DNA of 64,000 bases from Lachnospiraceae bacterium HCP1S3_C2. GTDB taxonomy: Bacteria; Bacillota; Clostridia; Lachnospirales; Lachnospiraceae. The notes under the pieces are model-generated. The model was given only the letters and a program-made list of their open reading frames with translations, was not told the DNA's origin and ran no database searches. This document shows positions 48,238 to 59,642 of this stretch, one piece after another. The stretch is taken from the NCBI GenBank assembly GCA_052066835.1, contig JBQHRJ010000002.1; one strand, 5' to 3'. Position 1 is the stretch's first letter; the number at the start of each line of letters is the position of its first letter. The translations under genes and the position numbers were made by a program.

Positions 48238-49422
48238 TTAGTCTCTTTCAACGATTGTTGAGCAGCCCATTCCACCACCGATACAAAGTGTTGCAAGACC
48301 CTTCTTAGCGTCTCTCTTCTGCATCTCGTGTAATAATGTAACAAGGATACGGCATCCTGAAGCTCCAACCGGATGTCCGAGTGCGATAGCTCCACCGTTT
48401 ACGTTTAACTTGCTAAGGTCAAATCCAAGATCTTTTCCTACTGCTACTGACTGTGCAGCGAATGCCTCATTTGCCTCGATAAGATCCATATCATCTACTG
48501 TAAGACCAGTCTTAGCTAATACTTTCTTTGTTGATGCAACAGGTCCTACACCCATGATTGAAGGATCAACTCCGCCAAGTGCTCCTGCTACAAATGTTGC
48601 CATAGGCTTAACACCTAATTCTTTAGCTTTCTCTTCGCTCATAACAACGATAGCTGCAGCTCCGTCATTAATACCAGAAGCGTTACCTGCTGTAACAACT
48701 CCGCCTTCTTTTCCACTACAGCATTTTAATTTGCTGAGTGACTCTGCTGTTGTACCAGGACGTGGGCCTTCATCTGTATCAAATACAACTGTACCCTTCT
48801 TTGTCTTAATCTCAACAGGAACGATTTCATCTTTGAATTTACCAGCTGCAATAGCTGCTTCACATTTCTGCTGGCTGTTTGCTGCGAACTCATCTAATTC
48901 TTCTCTTGTAAGTCCCCACTGATCAGCTACATTCTCTGCTGTAATCATCATATGGTAGTTGTTGAAAGCATCCCATAATGCATCATTTACCATAGTATCA
49001 ATTAATTTGCCATTGTTCATTCTGTAACCAAAACGTCCCTGCATCATAGCATATGGTGCCATAGACATGTTTTCCATACCACCTGCAACAACGATATCAG
49101 CATCTCCTGCCTGAATCATCTGAGCTGCCATGTTTACACAGTTAAGACCTGAACCACATACAACGTTTACTGTAACAGCCGGTGTCTCGATAGGTAAACC
49201 AGCTTTAATAGATGCCTGACGTGCAACGTTCTGTCCTAAACCTGCCTGGATAACACATCCCATATATACATGATCAACCTGATCTGCCGGTACGCCTGCT
49301 CTGTTTAATGCTTCTTTAATAACAATTGAACCAAGTACTGGTGCCGGTGTTGTGCTTAATCCTCCACCCATTTTACCGATTGCTGTACGACAAGCGCCTG
49401 CTAAAACTACTTTTTTTGACAT
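48238..49422 (-). CDS. thl: Acetyl-CoA acetyltransferase (thiolase II)
   Basis: 394 aa. Active-site Cys regions (NVVCGSGL, C-terminal CIGGGMG). Confidence 0.9.
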   Translation of the reverse strand: MSKKVVLAGACRTAIGKMGGGLSTTPAPVLGSIVIKEALNRAGVPADQVDHVYMGCVIQAGLGQNVARQASIKAGLPIETPAVTVNVVCGSGLNCVNMAAQMIQAGDADIVVAGGMENMSMAPYAMMQGRFGYRMNNGKLIDTMVNDALWDAFNNYHMMITAENVADQWGLTREELDEFAANSQQKCEAAIAAGKFKDEIVPVEIKTKKGTVVFDTDEGPRPGTTAESLSKLKCCSGKEGGVVTAGNASGINDGAAAIVVMSEEKAKELGVKPMATFVAGALGGVDPSIMGVGPVASTKKVLAKTGLTVDDMDLIEANEAFAAQSVAVGKDLGFDLSKLNVNGGAIALGHPVGASGCRILVTLLHEMQKRDAKKGLATLCIGGGMGCSTIVERD

Positions 49423-49485
49423 AAAAAATTTCCTCCTTAATAAAAAATGTATTATGTTATGCTATATGATAGCCTGCATACCCAA

Positions 49486-49974
49486 TTAATTATGTGCTCC
49501 TGCATATTTGCTTTTAAGCATTTTTTCAACATTAGGCGGCACAAATCCCGATATGTCTCCACCATAAAATGCTACTTCTTTTACAATGGTAGAACTCAGA
49601 AAAGCATACTCAAGACTTGTTGTAAAAAACATTGTGTCAATCTGGGGCATGATGCTGTGATTTGTCTGTGCAATCTGCATCTCGCTCTCAAAATCCGTAA
49701 CTGCTCTCAGACCTCTTATAATAAGATTCGCATCATTCTGTCTTGCAAAATCTACTGTAAGTCCTTCAAAGCTTAGTGCCTTGACATTCTTAAGTTCCTT
49801 AGTGGCTTCACGTATCATCTCAAGCCTTTCTTCCATAGTAAATGTAGGATTCTTCTTATTATTAATAAGCACTCCTATAATAAGTTCATCCACTACTCTT
49901 GAGGAACGTTCGATAATATCTAAATGTCCTAATGTAACAGGATCAAAACTTCCCGGATAAATAGCCCTGGTCAT
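49486..49974 (-). CDS. coaD: Phosphopantetheine adenylyltransferase
   Basis: 162 aa. [16 protein letters not shown]/TxGH motif. Confidence 0.85.
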   Translation of the reverse strand: MTRAIYPGSFDPVTLGHLDIIERSSRVVDELIIGVLINNKKNPTFTMEERLEMIREATKELKNVKALSFEGLTVDFARQNDANLIIRGLRAVTDFESEMQIAQTNHSIMPQIDTMFFTTSLEYAFLSSTIVKEVAFYGGDISGFVPPNVEKMLKSKYAGAHN

Positions 49975-50181
49975 AAATTACCTCTTTTCATCCTTTTGTT
50001 TATCCTAAAAAATATCACAATCTAATAATAACATTTTTATTTGAAATCGTCAAATATTTATCAATCTTTTTAAGGTTTTTTTATAAATACATGAAATAAC
50101 CGTCCCACATGTCTATCTTAAATTAATCCAACATATGAAACGGTTATCTTTTTAGTTAAACTTACTATATAATTATTTATC

Positions 50182-51282
50182 CTATGGCATTACACCTGCT
50201 GCAACCTTTTTAATATTAATACTCTCTATGGTATCATTGTCTGCCTTTGACATTCCGATTAAGACCATATATCCCTTTACATTCGCTGTAACATCACAAT
50301 CATAATTGTAATTTGTCAGTGTTATTGTGAGCTTTTCTTTTCCGTCAGCTATGTTACTTCTGCTTGTTTTAACCGGAATTAAAGGTAAAGGATTATCTTC
50401 TATATTTTTAATTACCAGGACATTTTTCTTAAAATATTTCTTATCGTATGAATTTAAAATATTTTTTACTGTCTCATTTTCTATGCCTGCTATAATCTCT
50501 TTCATCTGACTATAACTCGTAACTGTTTGTTCTTTTATATCAGAAACATTAAAAGGATAATCATAACACGCTACATTTACATCACCTGTTTTCACATCAC
50601 TTCTTCCGCATCTGTAATAGTCTCTTTTCTTTGCATTTTTGATAATATTAGAAGGAACCTTAACCTTTGTATCAAGTTCTATTATAAGTGTAACTTTTCC
50701 TGCACCAGTTCCGCTCACTGCTCCCATTATTTTATAATCTTTTGCTCTGAGATAATATTTGATATCTGTTCCACCCTTACTCTTTGTAGATAACACTAAA
50801 CATTTCACACCCTGAAACTTCTTATATCCATCCACTTTGTTTCCACTGTACGAAGTCTGAATCATATTGCTATAATTAATTCCACTTTGCTGACCGGCAG
50901 TCTTTGTATAACACCACTCTTTATTAGAAATATCATACCAATACATTTTCTTTCCTTTATAATACATCTTAGTATCCCCGATAATTGTGCTGTCTTTGTA
51001 AACAGTATTATCGTTTTTATTCATAGCTACAGTGCTTATGTAATTGTTATTTTTCACATTTCCAAAATATCCACTAATTGTTATGTATTGTGCCTTATCA
51101 AATTGCTTAACAATCTTATCCGCAACTTTAGATGCTGATATGTCTTTAGCAGCTGTGGAAGCATGCACAGTAGCTGCTGTAACCAAAGATATTAATGCAC
51201 ACAAACCCACTAAAACACCCGCTTTAAATTTTCTTTTAATATTCATATTGAAAACCTCCTTATAATTCACCTTGCTATACAT
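50182..51282 (-). CDS. Secreted hypothetical protein, translationally overlapped with the upstream S8 protease
   Basis: 366 aa. Signal peptide after the internal Met (MNIKRKFKAGVLVGLCALISLVTAATVHAS). K/Y-rich. Its start overlaps the protease stop by 16 bp. Confidence 0.5.
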   Translation of the reverse strand: MYSKVNYKEVFNMNIKRKFKAGVLVGLCALISLVTAATVHASTAAKDISASKVADKIVKQFDKAQYITISGYFGNVKNNNYISTVAMNKNDNTVYKDSTIIGDTKMYYKGKKMYWYDISNKEWCYTKTAGQQSGINYSNMIQTSYSGNKVDGYKKFQGVKCLVLSTKSKGGTDIKYYLRAKDYKIMGAVSGTGAGKVTLIIELDTKVKVPSNIIKNAKKRDYYRCGRSDVKTGDVNVACYDYPFNVSDIKEQTVTSYSQMKEIIAGIENETVKNILNSYDKKYFKKNVLVIKNIEDNPLPLIPVKTSRSNIADGKEKLTITLTNYNYDCDVTANVKGYMVLIGMSKADNDTIESINIKKVAAGVMP

Positions 51283-53234
51283 GATATAACATCTGAATAT
51301 TCTCCATATTTTCTTGACTCACCATACTTGTTCCAACATCTAATCTTATAATAATATCTCGTACCTGATACAAGATTTTTATCATTAAAACTTATTGTAT
51401 CACTAGATGTAATCTGAACATTTTTAATCTTTTCATACGTTCCATCCTCGCTTGTTGATCTATAAAGCGATATATACTCTTCATTCGCTATCCTGCTATA
51501 TTTCATTGAAACAACACCTTCAACATCAGATTTTATAGCAGAAATCTGCGGTATAACGCCCTTATAGCTCTCATATACTGCCATTTGTGCTGCTAAGCCC
51601 AAATTCACTTTTCCCCACCCCGTAAGCGTATCTTTTCCTTTAGTCTCCAAATCAGTAGCTGTATCTTTCAATACTCTTCGTATATCATTTGGAGACAAGT
51701 CAGGAACAATACCCTTTATAATTGCTACTGCTGATGATACAAGCGGTGCTGCATAAGACGTTCCACCCCTTTCGTCAATGACATATTGATTATTAGGTGC
51801 ACACGTAAGAATATTGCTTCCCGGTGCAGACAAAAACTTTTTCTCCCCATAATTTGAACTTTCTGTTTTTTTATCATTCTCATCTAATCCTATTACAGAC
51901 ACAACTCCATAATAATCCGATGGATAACTAGGGCTTTCTTCATCACTTACATATCCATTTCCTGCTGCCGCAACAACAACTATACCTGTTTTCTTTATAT
52001 CTCTTAAAAGTCTTTCCAATGTTTCATCATATGTTGTTCCTGACAAGCTCATATTAATAACATCAGCACCTTTAGCAACTGCATACTCTAAAGCTTTTAT
52101 TTCATCTGGTATATAAAAATATGCATCCATAGTTTCTGTTGGACCATATGTAAATCCAGCCTGTATAGCTATGATATTTACGCCATATCCATTTTCGCTA
52201 TACGCATTTCCCACTGCACCAGCTATTCCTTTACCATTATTAGTTTTTGCAGATATAATCCCCGAAACTATTGTTCCATGCCAAGCCACATATGTTTGCT
52301 CCTTATCCGCAAGTAATACTGGCTCTGTTCCTGTTATATCTACTGATAATCTTTTAGATATCTTTCCCTCTAAATCTTCATGTTTCATATCAATTCCTGA
52401 ATCAATAACTGCTACTCTAACTTTTGAACATTCATTAGCATTTTCTAATGTTTCCCAAGCCGTTTTTGCATTTACACTATCAAGATACCATTGTTGTGAC
52501 GAATATAAATCATCACTAATATCACCTGTTCCACACATTGTTTCTATGTAATTTCTTGATGCAACATCAACACAGTCCAATGCCAAATACTCCTCAATAG
52601 CCTTTTCAGTTGTCTCATCTTTTCCAAGATTTACTATAGCAATTTTTGTTTTTCTTTCATCAAAAAACTTCCTAATTCTGTCTTGTTTTTCTTTGGGTAA
52701 TTCTTCATCAATTTCATATTTACCCGTAATCACTTCCCCTCCATCCGACATATCATCCATTATATTTGTTATATCAGTATCACTTAATGTTGAATCAAAC
52801 TCCACTAATATACTGTCTGATGAATATCCTAATTTTTCCGCATTTCTACGTTCATAAGCTGCTTCTTCATAATCTTTCAAAATATCATCAGCAGCATCAT
52901 CAATTTCGCCAGTAAACTCTTCTATTTTTTCTGATACACAACCGTCATCATCATAATATGTATCAAGCACATTGCAGACAGCATCAATAAACTTTTCCTT
53001 GTCCTCTATCTTGTTGATTAACCTCGCTGCATCACTACCTTTTTCCTGATTTATCGCATCATTTATTAAGTCATTTTTATCAAAATATAAATTTTCTTCA
53101 TGCTCTTCTCTTAATGACATCACCACCTCATCATCTGTATTTACACCATTATTTTTCATTAACTGCATACTAGATGGCACAAACATATTGGTTGTAAAAG
53201 TTGCACAAAGCAACATAGATAATAATTTTTTCAT
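51267..53234 (-). CDS. Secreted subtilisin-like (S8) serine protease with C-terminal FN3-like domain
   Basis: 655 aa. Signal peptide, catalytic triad boxes (VAVIDSGID, HGTIVSGII, GTSYAAP), C-terminal FN3-like segment. Confidence 0.8.
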   Translation of the reverse strand: MKKLLSMLLCATFTTNMFVPSSMQLMKNNGVNTDDEVVMSLREEHEENLYFDKNDLINDAINQEKGSDAARLINKIEDKEKFIDAVCNVLDTYYDDDGCVSEKIEEFTGEIDDAADDILKDYEEAAYERRNAEKLGYSSDSILVEFDSTLSDTDITNIMDDMSDGGEVITGKYEIDEELPKEKQDRIRKFFDERKTKIAIVNLGKDETTEKAIEEYLALDCVDVASRNYIETMCGTGDISDDLYSSQQWYLDSVNAKTAWETLENANECSKVRVAVIDSGIDMKHEDLEGKISKRLSVDITGTEPVLLADKEQTYVAWHGTIVSGIISAKTNNGKGIAGAVGNAYSENGYGVNIIAIQAGFTYGPTETMDAYFYIPDEIKALEYAVAKGADVINMSLSGTTYDETLERLLRDIKKTGIVVVAAAGNGYVSDEESPSYPSDYYGVVSVIGLDENDKKTESSNYGEKKFLSAPGSNILTCAPNNQYVIDERGGTSYAAPLVSSAVAIIKGIVPDLSPNDIRRVLKDTATDLETKGKDTLTGWGKVNLGLAAQMAVYESYKGVIPQISAIKSDVEGVVSMKYSRIANEEYISLYRSTSEDGTYEKIKNVQITSSDTISFNDKNLVSGTRYYYKIRCWNKYGESRKYGEYSDVISCIAR

Positions 53235-53797
53235 ACCTCTTTCTCCTTCCTCATAATACTTTGCCTCTTTTAATACTGGTTAGCCTTCGTAGATGAATTA
53301 TATTTCATCAGTTGTATTTTCCTCCTTCTGTAATTATTTTACAATATACTTAATTAATTTTCAATGTAAATATTATAATTTCGTGTGTTTTATTTCAATT
53401 TATTTATGGCAAACAGCTGTTTCGCAACTATTCGCATGTTTACATGTTGAGGCCTTAACTTGTTTTATTTAGCTGTAAGCCAGTCGCATTTTAATATAGT
53501 GTTTTAATTTATACTAATATTGTATTTCAATTTACTACATATTTATAGAACAATTTGTTTTTTGCTATTGTGATAATATAAGAAAATCAGCAAAATAAGA
53601 GCATGAGAAATATATAAACTTTTATGTATAATATAAAAAAACTGTTTACGAAATGTTTTATATACTTTACGTCAAATCACTTTGCACCATCCAAAGCTTA
53701 ATAGCTATAAAATACCAATTTATTAATGATACCAGGTTCATCTGAACATGTACATTTCCGAGATTGAACCCTCAAATACTTTTGAAAAAGTCAATTC

Positions 53798-53826
53798 TTG
53801 ACCTTCCATATCTTTAATGATAAAAT
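53798..53826 (+). promoter_or_regulatory. Sigma-70-type promoter for CoA-transferase gene
   Basis: TTGACC, a 17-bp spacer, then TAAAAT. Lies about 55 bp upstream of the ATG and RBS GGAGG. Confidence 0.5.
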
Positions 53827-53882
53827 AGCATCTGATATATAATACAATTTTTTATAAACCGTTTCAGAAATGGAGGATTAAA

Positions 53883-55226
53883 ATGGATTACAAAGAACTT
53901 TACACAAAAAAGCTTGTGACTGCTGATGAGGCAGCTAAAGTCATCAAATCCGGAGACTGGGTTGATTACGGATGGGCTGCAACAACTCCTGTCACTGTAG
54001 ATAAGGCAATTGCCAAAAGAATGAATGAACTTACGGATGTTAATTTCCGCGGTGGTATCCTTATGTGGGTACCTGAAATATTTAAAATCGACAATCCTGC
54101 CGATCACCTTACATGGAACTCATGGCATATGGGTGGTATCGAGCGTAAAGCCGTAGCACAGGGATTTTCTTTTTACTCACCTATCAGATACTCTGAGCTT
54201 CCAAGATACTACCGTGACTCTCTCACTCCGCCTGATGTTGCCGTATTCCAGGTTGCACCGATGGATGAACACGGATACTTCAACTTCGGACCTAGTGCTT
54301 CACATCTTGCCGCTGCATGTGAGCGTGCAAAAACAATCATTGTTGAAGTTAATGAAAATATGCCTAGATGTCTCGGTGGTTTTGAGGAAGGCATCCACAT
54401 TTCAAAGGTAGACATGATAGTTGAAGGTGAAAATCCTGCCATGGCAGAAATGGGTGGCGGCGGTGCTGCTACTGAAGTTGACGAAGCCGTTGCAAAACTT
54501 ATTGTTGAGGAAATTCCTGACGGTGCATGTCTCCAGCTCGGTATCGGTGGTATGCCAAATGCTGTAGGTTCCCTTATAGCAAAATCAGACTTAAAAGACC
54601 TCGGTGTTCATACAGAAATGTATGTTGATGCGTTCGTTGATATTGCAAGAGCAGGCAAAATAAACGGTTCAAAGAAAAACATAGATAAAGGCCGCCAAAC
54701 ATACGCATTCGCTGCCGGTACTAAGAAATTATATGATTACCTTGATAACAATCCTGAATGTATGAGTGCACCTGTTGATTACACTAATGATATAAGAAGC
54801 ATTTCAGCTCTCGATAACTTTATGTCTATCAACAATGCTGTAAACCTTGATTTATTCGGACAGGTAAATGCTGAATCTGCCGGAATCAAAAATATCAGTG
54901 GTGCAGGCGGACAGCTTGATTTCGTACTTGGAGCTTATCTCTCTAAAGGCGGAAAGAGCTTTATCTGCTGCTCTTCTACATTTACAACAAAGACAGGAGA
55001 ACTCAAATCACGTATTCTTCCTACACTTGATCCGGGTTCTATCGTAACTGACACCCGTGCAAATATTCACTACCTTGTTACTGAATATGGTAAAGTTAAT
55101 CTTAAGGGATTGTCTACATGGCAGAAATGCGAATCTATTATCTCTGTAGCACATCCTGATTTCAGAGATGAGCTTATCAAAAATGCTGAGCAGATGCATA
55201 TCTGGAAACGCAGCAACAAGAGATAA
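53883..55226 (+). CDS. but: Butyryl-CoA:acetate CoA-transferase (4-hydroxybutyrate CoA-transferase family)
   Basis: 447 aa. The N-terminus [26 protein letters not shown] and overall AcetylCoA_hydro/transf architecture resemble the But enzymes of butyrate producers. Confidence 0.8.
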   Translation: MDYKELYTKKLVTADEAAKVIKSGDWVDYGWAATTPVTVDKAIAKRMNELTDVNFRGGILMWVPEIFKIDNPADHLTWNSWHMGGIERKAVAQGFSFYSPIRYSELPRYYRDSLTPPDVAVFQVAPMDEHGYFNFGPSASHLAAACERAKTIIVEVNENMPRCLGGFEEGIHISKVDMIVEGENPAMAEMGGGGAATEVDEAVAKLIVEEIPDGACLQLGIGGMPNAVGSLIAKSDLKDLGVHTEMYVDAFVDIARAGKINGSKKNIDKGRQTYAFAAGTKKLYDYLDNNPECMSAPVDYTNDIRSISALDNFMSINNAVNLDLFGQVNAESAGIKNISGAGGQLDFVLGAYLSKGGKSFICCSSTFTTKTGELKSRILPTLDPGSIVTDTRANIHYLVTEYGKVNLKGLSTWQKCESIISVAHPDFRDELIKNAEQMHIWKRSNKR

Positions 55227-55234
55227 TTCTGCTT

Positions 55235-55444
55235 ATGAATATGAAGAAATTTAAACAGATACTGGCCATTATCGGTATAATATTACTTGTAGGATTGTAT
55301 GTGGCTGCCTTTGTGCTTTCATTTATGCACAGTCCGTTAGCTTCAAGATGGTACTCTGCCGCCATATACAGTACTATCATTATTCCCATATTTTTGTGGG
55401 TGGTTATTATGATTACCAAATATCTGAAAAATCTTAATAAATAA
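55235..55444 (+). CDS. Small 2-TM membrane protein
   Basis: 69 aa, 9 bp downstream of but. Two hydrophobic helices. Confidence 0.4.
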   Translation: MNMKKFKQILAIIGIILLVGLYVAAFVLSFMHSPLASRWYSAAIYSTIIIPIFLWVVIMITKYLKNLNK

Positions 55445-55519
55445 ACAGCTTAACAGCAAAAAAATATCCATTCTGGAACAGGTTATCAGCCTCTCCAAAA
55501 TGGATATTTTCATTTAATC

Positions 55520-55569
55520 AGATTCAGGTGTTGGCTAGTCCCCGTAGGGGCTTTTGACACCTGAATCTT
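55520..55569. repeat. Palindromic repeat copy C (short form) acting as a convergent-gene terminator
   Basis: aGATTCAGGTGttggctagtccccgtaggggcttttgaCACCTGAATCt. It shares the inverted-repeat ends and GC hairpin of copy A but lacks the central core. Confidence 0.6.
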
Positions 55570-55580
55570 AATTATCTAAA

Positions 55581-56162
55581 TTAACATGTCTGCTGTATCG
55601 CAAAAGGTACATTTACTCTCTTAAGATACTCAAACTCTATATTTCTGTCTGTTCTATTCATATCCTCAGATTCTACATCCGGATATGAAAGTTTTTCCTT
55701 TAAGAAGTTATCAGGAATATCTGTATATTTTATCTCTGATCTTATGAAGCTGTATATCTCTTCAGTATCTTCACTCCGATAGCTCTCTTCTACATACTCT
55801 CTGATTCCTAACACTCTGATTCCGTCAATTTCCATGCCCCAGGCCATTTCCCTTAAGACATCGTTTTCTGATTCCTTAACCAGGGTGTAATCGTTATGTA
55901 TAATTGCACTGAACTCCTCTGCAGTTATAACTGTCTGCTTTCTGACGACGCAGCCGTTTATCTCTCTTTCTTTTACCAATACCAGAACATCTTTCATACA
56001 TTTGTACATCATAATGTAATATCTGTCTGAACTCTCCACCGAGAAATCAAGTCTTCTGATGTATTCAACCTCTTTTTTCATGTATGTATTTAATTTTTCT
56101 TTTATCAAAATGTACTGTGCATTAGTAATCACGTTAATAAACTTTTTAAACATTTCTACCAT
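55581..56162 (-). CDS. Hypothetical cytoplasmic protein
   Basis: Start reset to MVEMFKK, which has a GGAGG RBS 7 nt upstream. I could not assign a domain. Confidence 0.45.
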   Translation of the reverse strand: MVEMFKKFINVITNAQYILIKEKLNTYMKKEVEYIRRLDFSVESSDRYYIMMYKCMKDVLVLVKEREINGCVVRKQTVITAEEFSAIIHNDYTLVKESENDVLREMAWGMEIDGIRVLGIREYVEESYRSEDTEEIYSFIRSEIKYTDIPDNFLKEKLSYPDVESEDMNRTDRNIEFEYLKRVNVPFAIQQTC

Positions 56163-56289
56163 ATAAAAACCTCCATTCAATTCAACAGGCATTCTGCCTA
56201 ATCCTTTCTTATGTACTTAACTTTACAATAAGATTGTGAATATCTGGTGTTTAATTGGTAAAGTAAATATAAAACAATTATAAATACGT

Positions 56290-56787
56290 TTACATTTTGT
56301 TCAAAATATCCAATGTTGCACTGGTGCCAAGTCTGTCAGCTCCAGCATTTATCATGGACATCGCTTCATCATATGTATGAATACCCCCCGATGCCTTTAC
56401 CCCAATTCTGTCACCTACAGTATCCCGCATAAGGGCAACGTCTTCTGTTTTTGCTCCACCTGTGCTAAATCCGGTAGATGTCTTTACAAAATCAGCTCCC
56501 GCTTTTTCTGCAAGCACACATGCCTGTCTCTTCTCTTCATCACTTATCGCGCATTCTGCTTCGTATTTCTTCACGGCAGTCGATACAGCACCAAGAGGAA
56601 AACCGACTACAGTACACACTTTAACGTCCGTGTCCCTTAAAATATCCGCTACCATCTTTGTCCTGTACTGATTTACACATACGGAGGCAAAATCATACTC
56701 TATTGCCTCCCTGCATACCTTTTCAACCTGTTCTGCCGTGGCATCAGCTTTTAATATTGTGTGGTCGAAATACTTATTAAACTTCAT
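56290..56787 (-). pseudogene. deoC: Deoxyribose-phosphate aldolase (DeoC) homologue with about 50-aa in-frame internal deletion removing the Schiff-base lysine strand
   Basis: 165 aa vs about 220 aa for DeoC. It aligns to DeoC at both ends ([15 protein letters not shown] ... [25 protein letters not shown] ... GVKASGG). The segment equivalent to EVDMVINIG…VKVIIET, which contains the catalytic Lys, is absent. The junction [13 protein letters not shown] was checked against the DNA. Confidence 0.5.
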
Positions 56788-58061
56788 TATCTGTATATAA
56801 TCTCATGTCTTTCAGGTCCGTTTGATACCATTTTAACCGGAACTTCAAGCTCTTTCTCTATAAATTCAATGTATTTTCTACAGTTTTCAGGAAGATCTTC
56901 ATATTTCTTGATTCCTCTGATTTCTGTTTTCCAGCCCGGAAGTACTTCATAAACAGGTTTTGCCTTTGCAAGCTCTACTGTTGTAGGGAAATCTTTTCTT
57001 ACCTTACCATCAATTTCATATCCTACACATACCGGTATCTCATCAAGATATCCGAGAACATCAAGAACTGTAAGTGCAACCTGTGTTGCTCCCTGAATCT
57101 TGCATCCATATCTTGAAGCTACGCAGTCGAACCATCCCATTCTTCTCGGACGGCCTGTAGTAGCACCAAACTCGCCACCGTCTCCACCACGTTTTCTAAG
57201 CTCATCTGCCTCGTCACCGAATATCTCACTTACGAATTCACCGGCACCTACGGCACTTGAATATGCTTTAACGACTGTGATGATTTCTTTAATCTCATAT
57301 GGCGGAATACCTGCACCTATTGCACCGTATGCTGCAAGTGTAGATGAAGATGTTACCATTGGGTAAATTCCAAAATCAGGATCTTTAAGTGAACCTAACT
57401 GACCCTCAAGTAAAATGTTTTTGCCTGCTTTTATGGCATCATGTAAAAATGCAGATGTATCACATGCATACGGCTCAACCATATCCCTGTACTCATGAAG
57501 TGTAGCTAAAAGTTCCTTAGGATCAAGCTTTGGCTTATGGTACATATGCTCAAGCATGACATTCTTCATCTCGCATATTCTCTCAACTTTTTCCTCCAAT
57601 ACGGCATCATCAAAAAGCTCTGACACCTGGAATCCTATCTTTGCATATTTATCTGAATAGAAAGGAGCTATACCTGACTTAGTAGAACCAAAAGACTTTT
57701 TACCAAGTCTTTCCTCTTCATACTGGTCAAATAATATATGATATGGCATAAGTATCTGTGCTCTGTTAGATACTAAAATCTTTGGTTTTGGTACTCCCTT
57801 GCTTACAATATCATTTATTTCCTTTACAAGATATGGAATGTTAAGTGCCACTCCGTTTCCTATAATAGACGTAGTATGATTGTAAAATACTCCTGATGGG
57901 AGCAGATGTAATGCAAATTTACCATATTCATTTATAATAGTATGTCCGGCATTTGAACCACCCTGAAATCTTACAATAATATCAGATGATTCTCCCAACA
58001 TATCTGTTATCTTACCTTTTCCCTCGTCTCCCCAGCATGCTCCAACGATCGCTTTAACCAT
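56787..58061 (-). CDS. purA: Adenylosuccinate synthetase
   Basis: 424 aa. GDEGKGK P-loop, QGGSNAGHT. Its stop overlaps the deoC' start (ATGA). Confidence 0.9.
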   Translation of the reverse strand: MVKAIVGACWGDEGKGKITDMLGESSDIIVRFQGGSNAGHTIINEYGKFALHLLPSGVFYNHTTSIIGNGVALNIPYLVKEINDIVSKGVPKPKILVSNRAQILMPYHILFDQYEEERLGKKSFGSTKSGIAPFYSDKYAKIGFQVSELFDDAVLEEKVERICEMKNVMLEHMYHKPKLDPKELLATLHEYRDMVEPYACDTSAFLHDAIKAGKNILLEGQLGSLKDPDFGIYPMVTSSSTLAAYGAIGAGIPPYEIKEIITVVKAYSSAVGAGEFVSEIFGDEADELRKRGGDGGEFGATTGRPRRMGWFDCVASRYGCKIQGATQVALTVLDVLGYLDEIPVCVGYEIDGKVRKDFPTTVELAKAKPVYEVLPGWKTEIRGIKKYEDLPENCRKYIEFIEKELEVPVKMVSNGPERHEIIYR

Positions 58062-58188
58062 AGATTACCTATCCTTTCATTACGGTTTTTCTTTTTAACA
58101 TAAAAATGTGATATACTCTATACACATAATCACCGCATAGTAGTATATCACATTTTTTCTAATAAGTAAAATTAATAATACTCATTTT

Positions 58189-59619
58189 TTAAACATTTAT
58201 CTGAGCTGTCATTCCAAGAATATCTTTGTTATCCTCAAGTATAGGATTTACAACTTCACTTAAGAATTCCTCAACCTGTTCCTTTGAACGTCCGACATAT
58301 TTTATCGGATCCATTGATTTCTTAAGCTCGTCTATTGTCATGTTAAATGCAGGATCTGCTGCTATAAGTTCAAGAAGATTATTATCTTTTCCTTCCTGCT
58401 TAACGTTCTTTCCTGCTTCCATGGAGAGCTGACGAATCTTCTCATGAAGTTCCTGTCTGTCTCCACCTGCCTTTACGGCATCCATCATAATATTTTCTGT
58501 AGCCATGAACGGAAGTTCTGCCATCATATGTTTTTCGATAACCTTAGGATATACCACAAGTCCATCTACAACGTTGAGATACAGATCAAGTATACCGTCT
58601 ATTGCAAGAAATGCCTCCGGAACACTTATTCTCTTGTTTGCAGAATCATCAAGTGTTCTCTCGAACCACTGTGTAGCCGATGTAATTGCCGGATTTAATG
58701 CATCAACCATAACATAATTTGCAAGGGATGCGATTCTCTCACTTCTCATCGGATTTCTCTTATATGCCATAGCTGATGAACCTATCTGGTTCTTCTCAAA
58801 CGGCTCCTCAACTTCTTTTAAGTGCTGTAATAATCTGATATCATTTGAGAACTTATGAGCACTTGCTGCAATTCCTGCAAGGACATTTAATACCCTTGTG
58901 TCCACTTTTCTTGAGTAAGTCTGACCTGATACAGGCTGGCATGCTTTAAATCCCATCTTTTCAGCTATCATTTTATCTACTTTACGTGCTTTTTCATGAT
59001 CTCCCTCAAATAATTCAAGGAAGCTTGCCTGTGTACCTGTAGTTCCCTTTGAACCCAGAAGTTTCATTGTATCGATAACATAATCAATATCTTCAAGGTC
59101 AATTAAGAGTTCCTGCATCCATAGTGTAGCTCTCTTTCCTACTGTAGTAGGCTGTGCCGGCTGAAAATGTGTGAAAGCAAGTGTAGGCTGTGCCTTATAT
59201 TCATTTGCAAATTTTGCAAGCTCATTTATAACATTTATAAGTTTCTTTCTTACAAGCTTTAATCCCTCTGTCATAATGATAATATCAGTATTATCACCCA
59301 CATAACATGAAGTTGCTCCAAGATGGATAATACCTTTTGCCTTAGGACACTGAACACCGTATGCGTATACATGTGACATTACGTCATGTCTTACCAGTGC
59401 TTCTCTCTCTTTTGCAACATCATAATTAATATCATCTGCATGTGCCTTTAATTCCTCTATCTGTTCATCTGTGATATTAAGTCCTAACTCTTTCTCTGTC
59501 TCTGCAAGTGCAATCCAGAGTTTTCTCCATGTTTTGAATTTCTTGTCAGGAGAAAAAATATACTGCATCTCCTTACTTGCATATCTCTCTGATAATGGGC
59601 TTTGATATCTGTCTCTCAT
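58189..59619 (-). CDS. purB: Adenylosuccinate lyase
   Basis: 476 aa. Fumarate-lyase signature (GSSAMAYKRNP). Confidence 0.9.
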   Translation of the reverse strand: MRDRYQSPLSERYASKEMQYIFSPDKKFKTWRKLWIALAETEKELGLNITDEQIEELKAHADDINYDVAKEREALVRHDVMSHVYAYGVQCPKAKGIIHLGATSCYVGDNTDIIIMTEGLKLVRKKLINVINELAKFANEYKAQPTLAFTHFQPAQPTTVGKRATLWMQELLIDLEDIDYVIDTMKLLGSKGTTGTQASFLELFEGDHEKARKVDKMIAEKMGFKACQPVSGQTYSRKVDTRVLNVLAGIAASAHKFSNDIRLLQHLKEVEEPFEKNQIGSSAMAYKRNPMRSERIASLANYVMVDALNPAITSATQWFERTLDDSANKRISVPEAFLAIDGILDLYLNVVDGLVVYPKVIEKHMMAELPFMATENIMMDAVKAGGDRQELHEKIRQLSMEAGKNVKQEGKDNNLLELIAADPAFNMTIDELKKSMDPIKYVGRSKEQVEEFLSEVVNPILEDNKDILGMTAQINV

Positions 59620-59642
59620 GTTTTTACCATGCCTTTCTTAAT

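Noticed and set aside
53814-54107. 97-aa minus-strand ORF overlapping the but start
   Set aside because: Antisense to the well-supported CoA-transferase gene and its promoter. No RBS.
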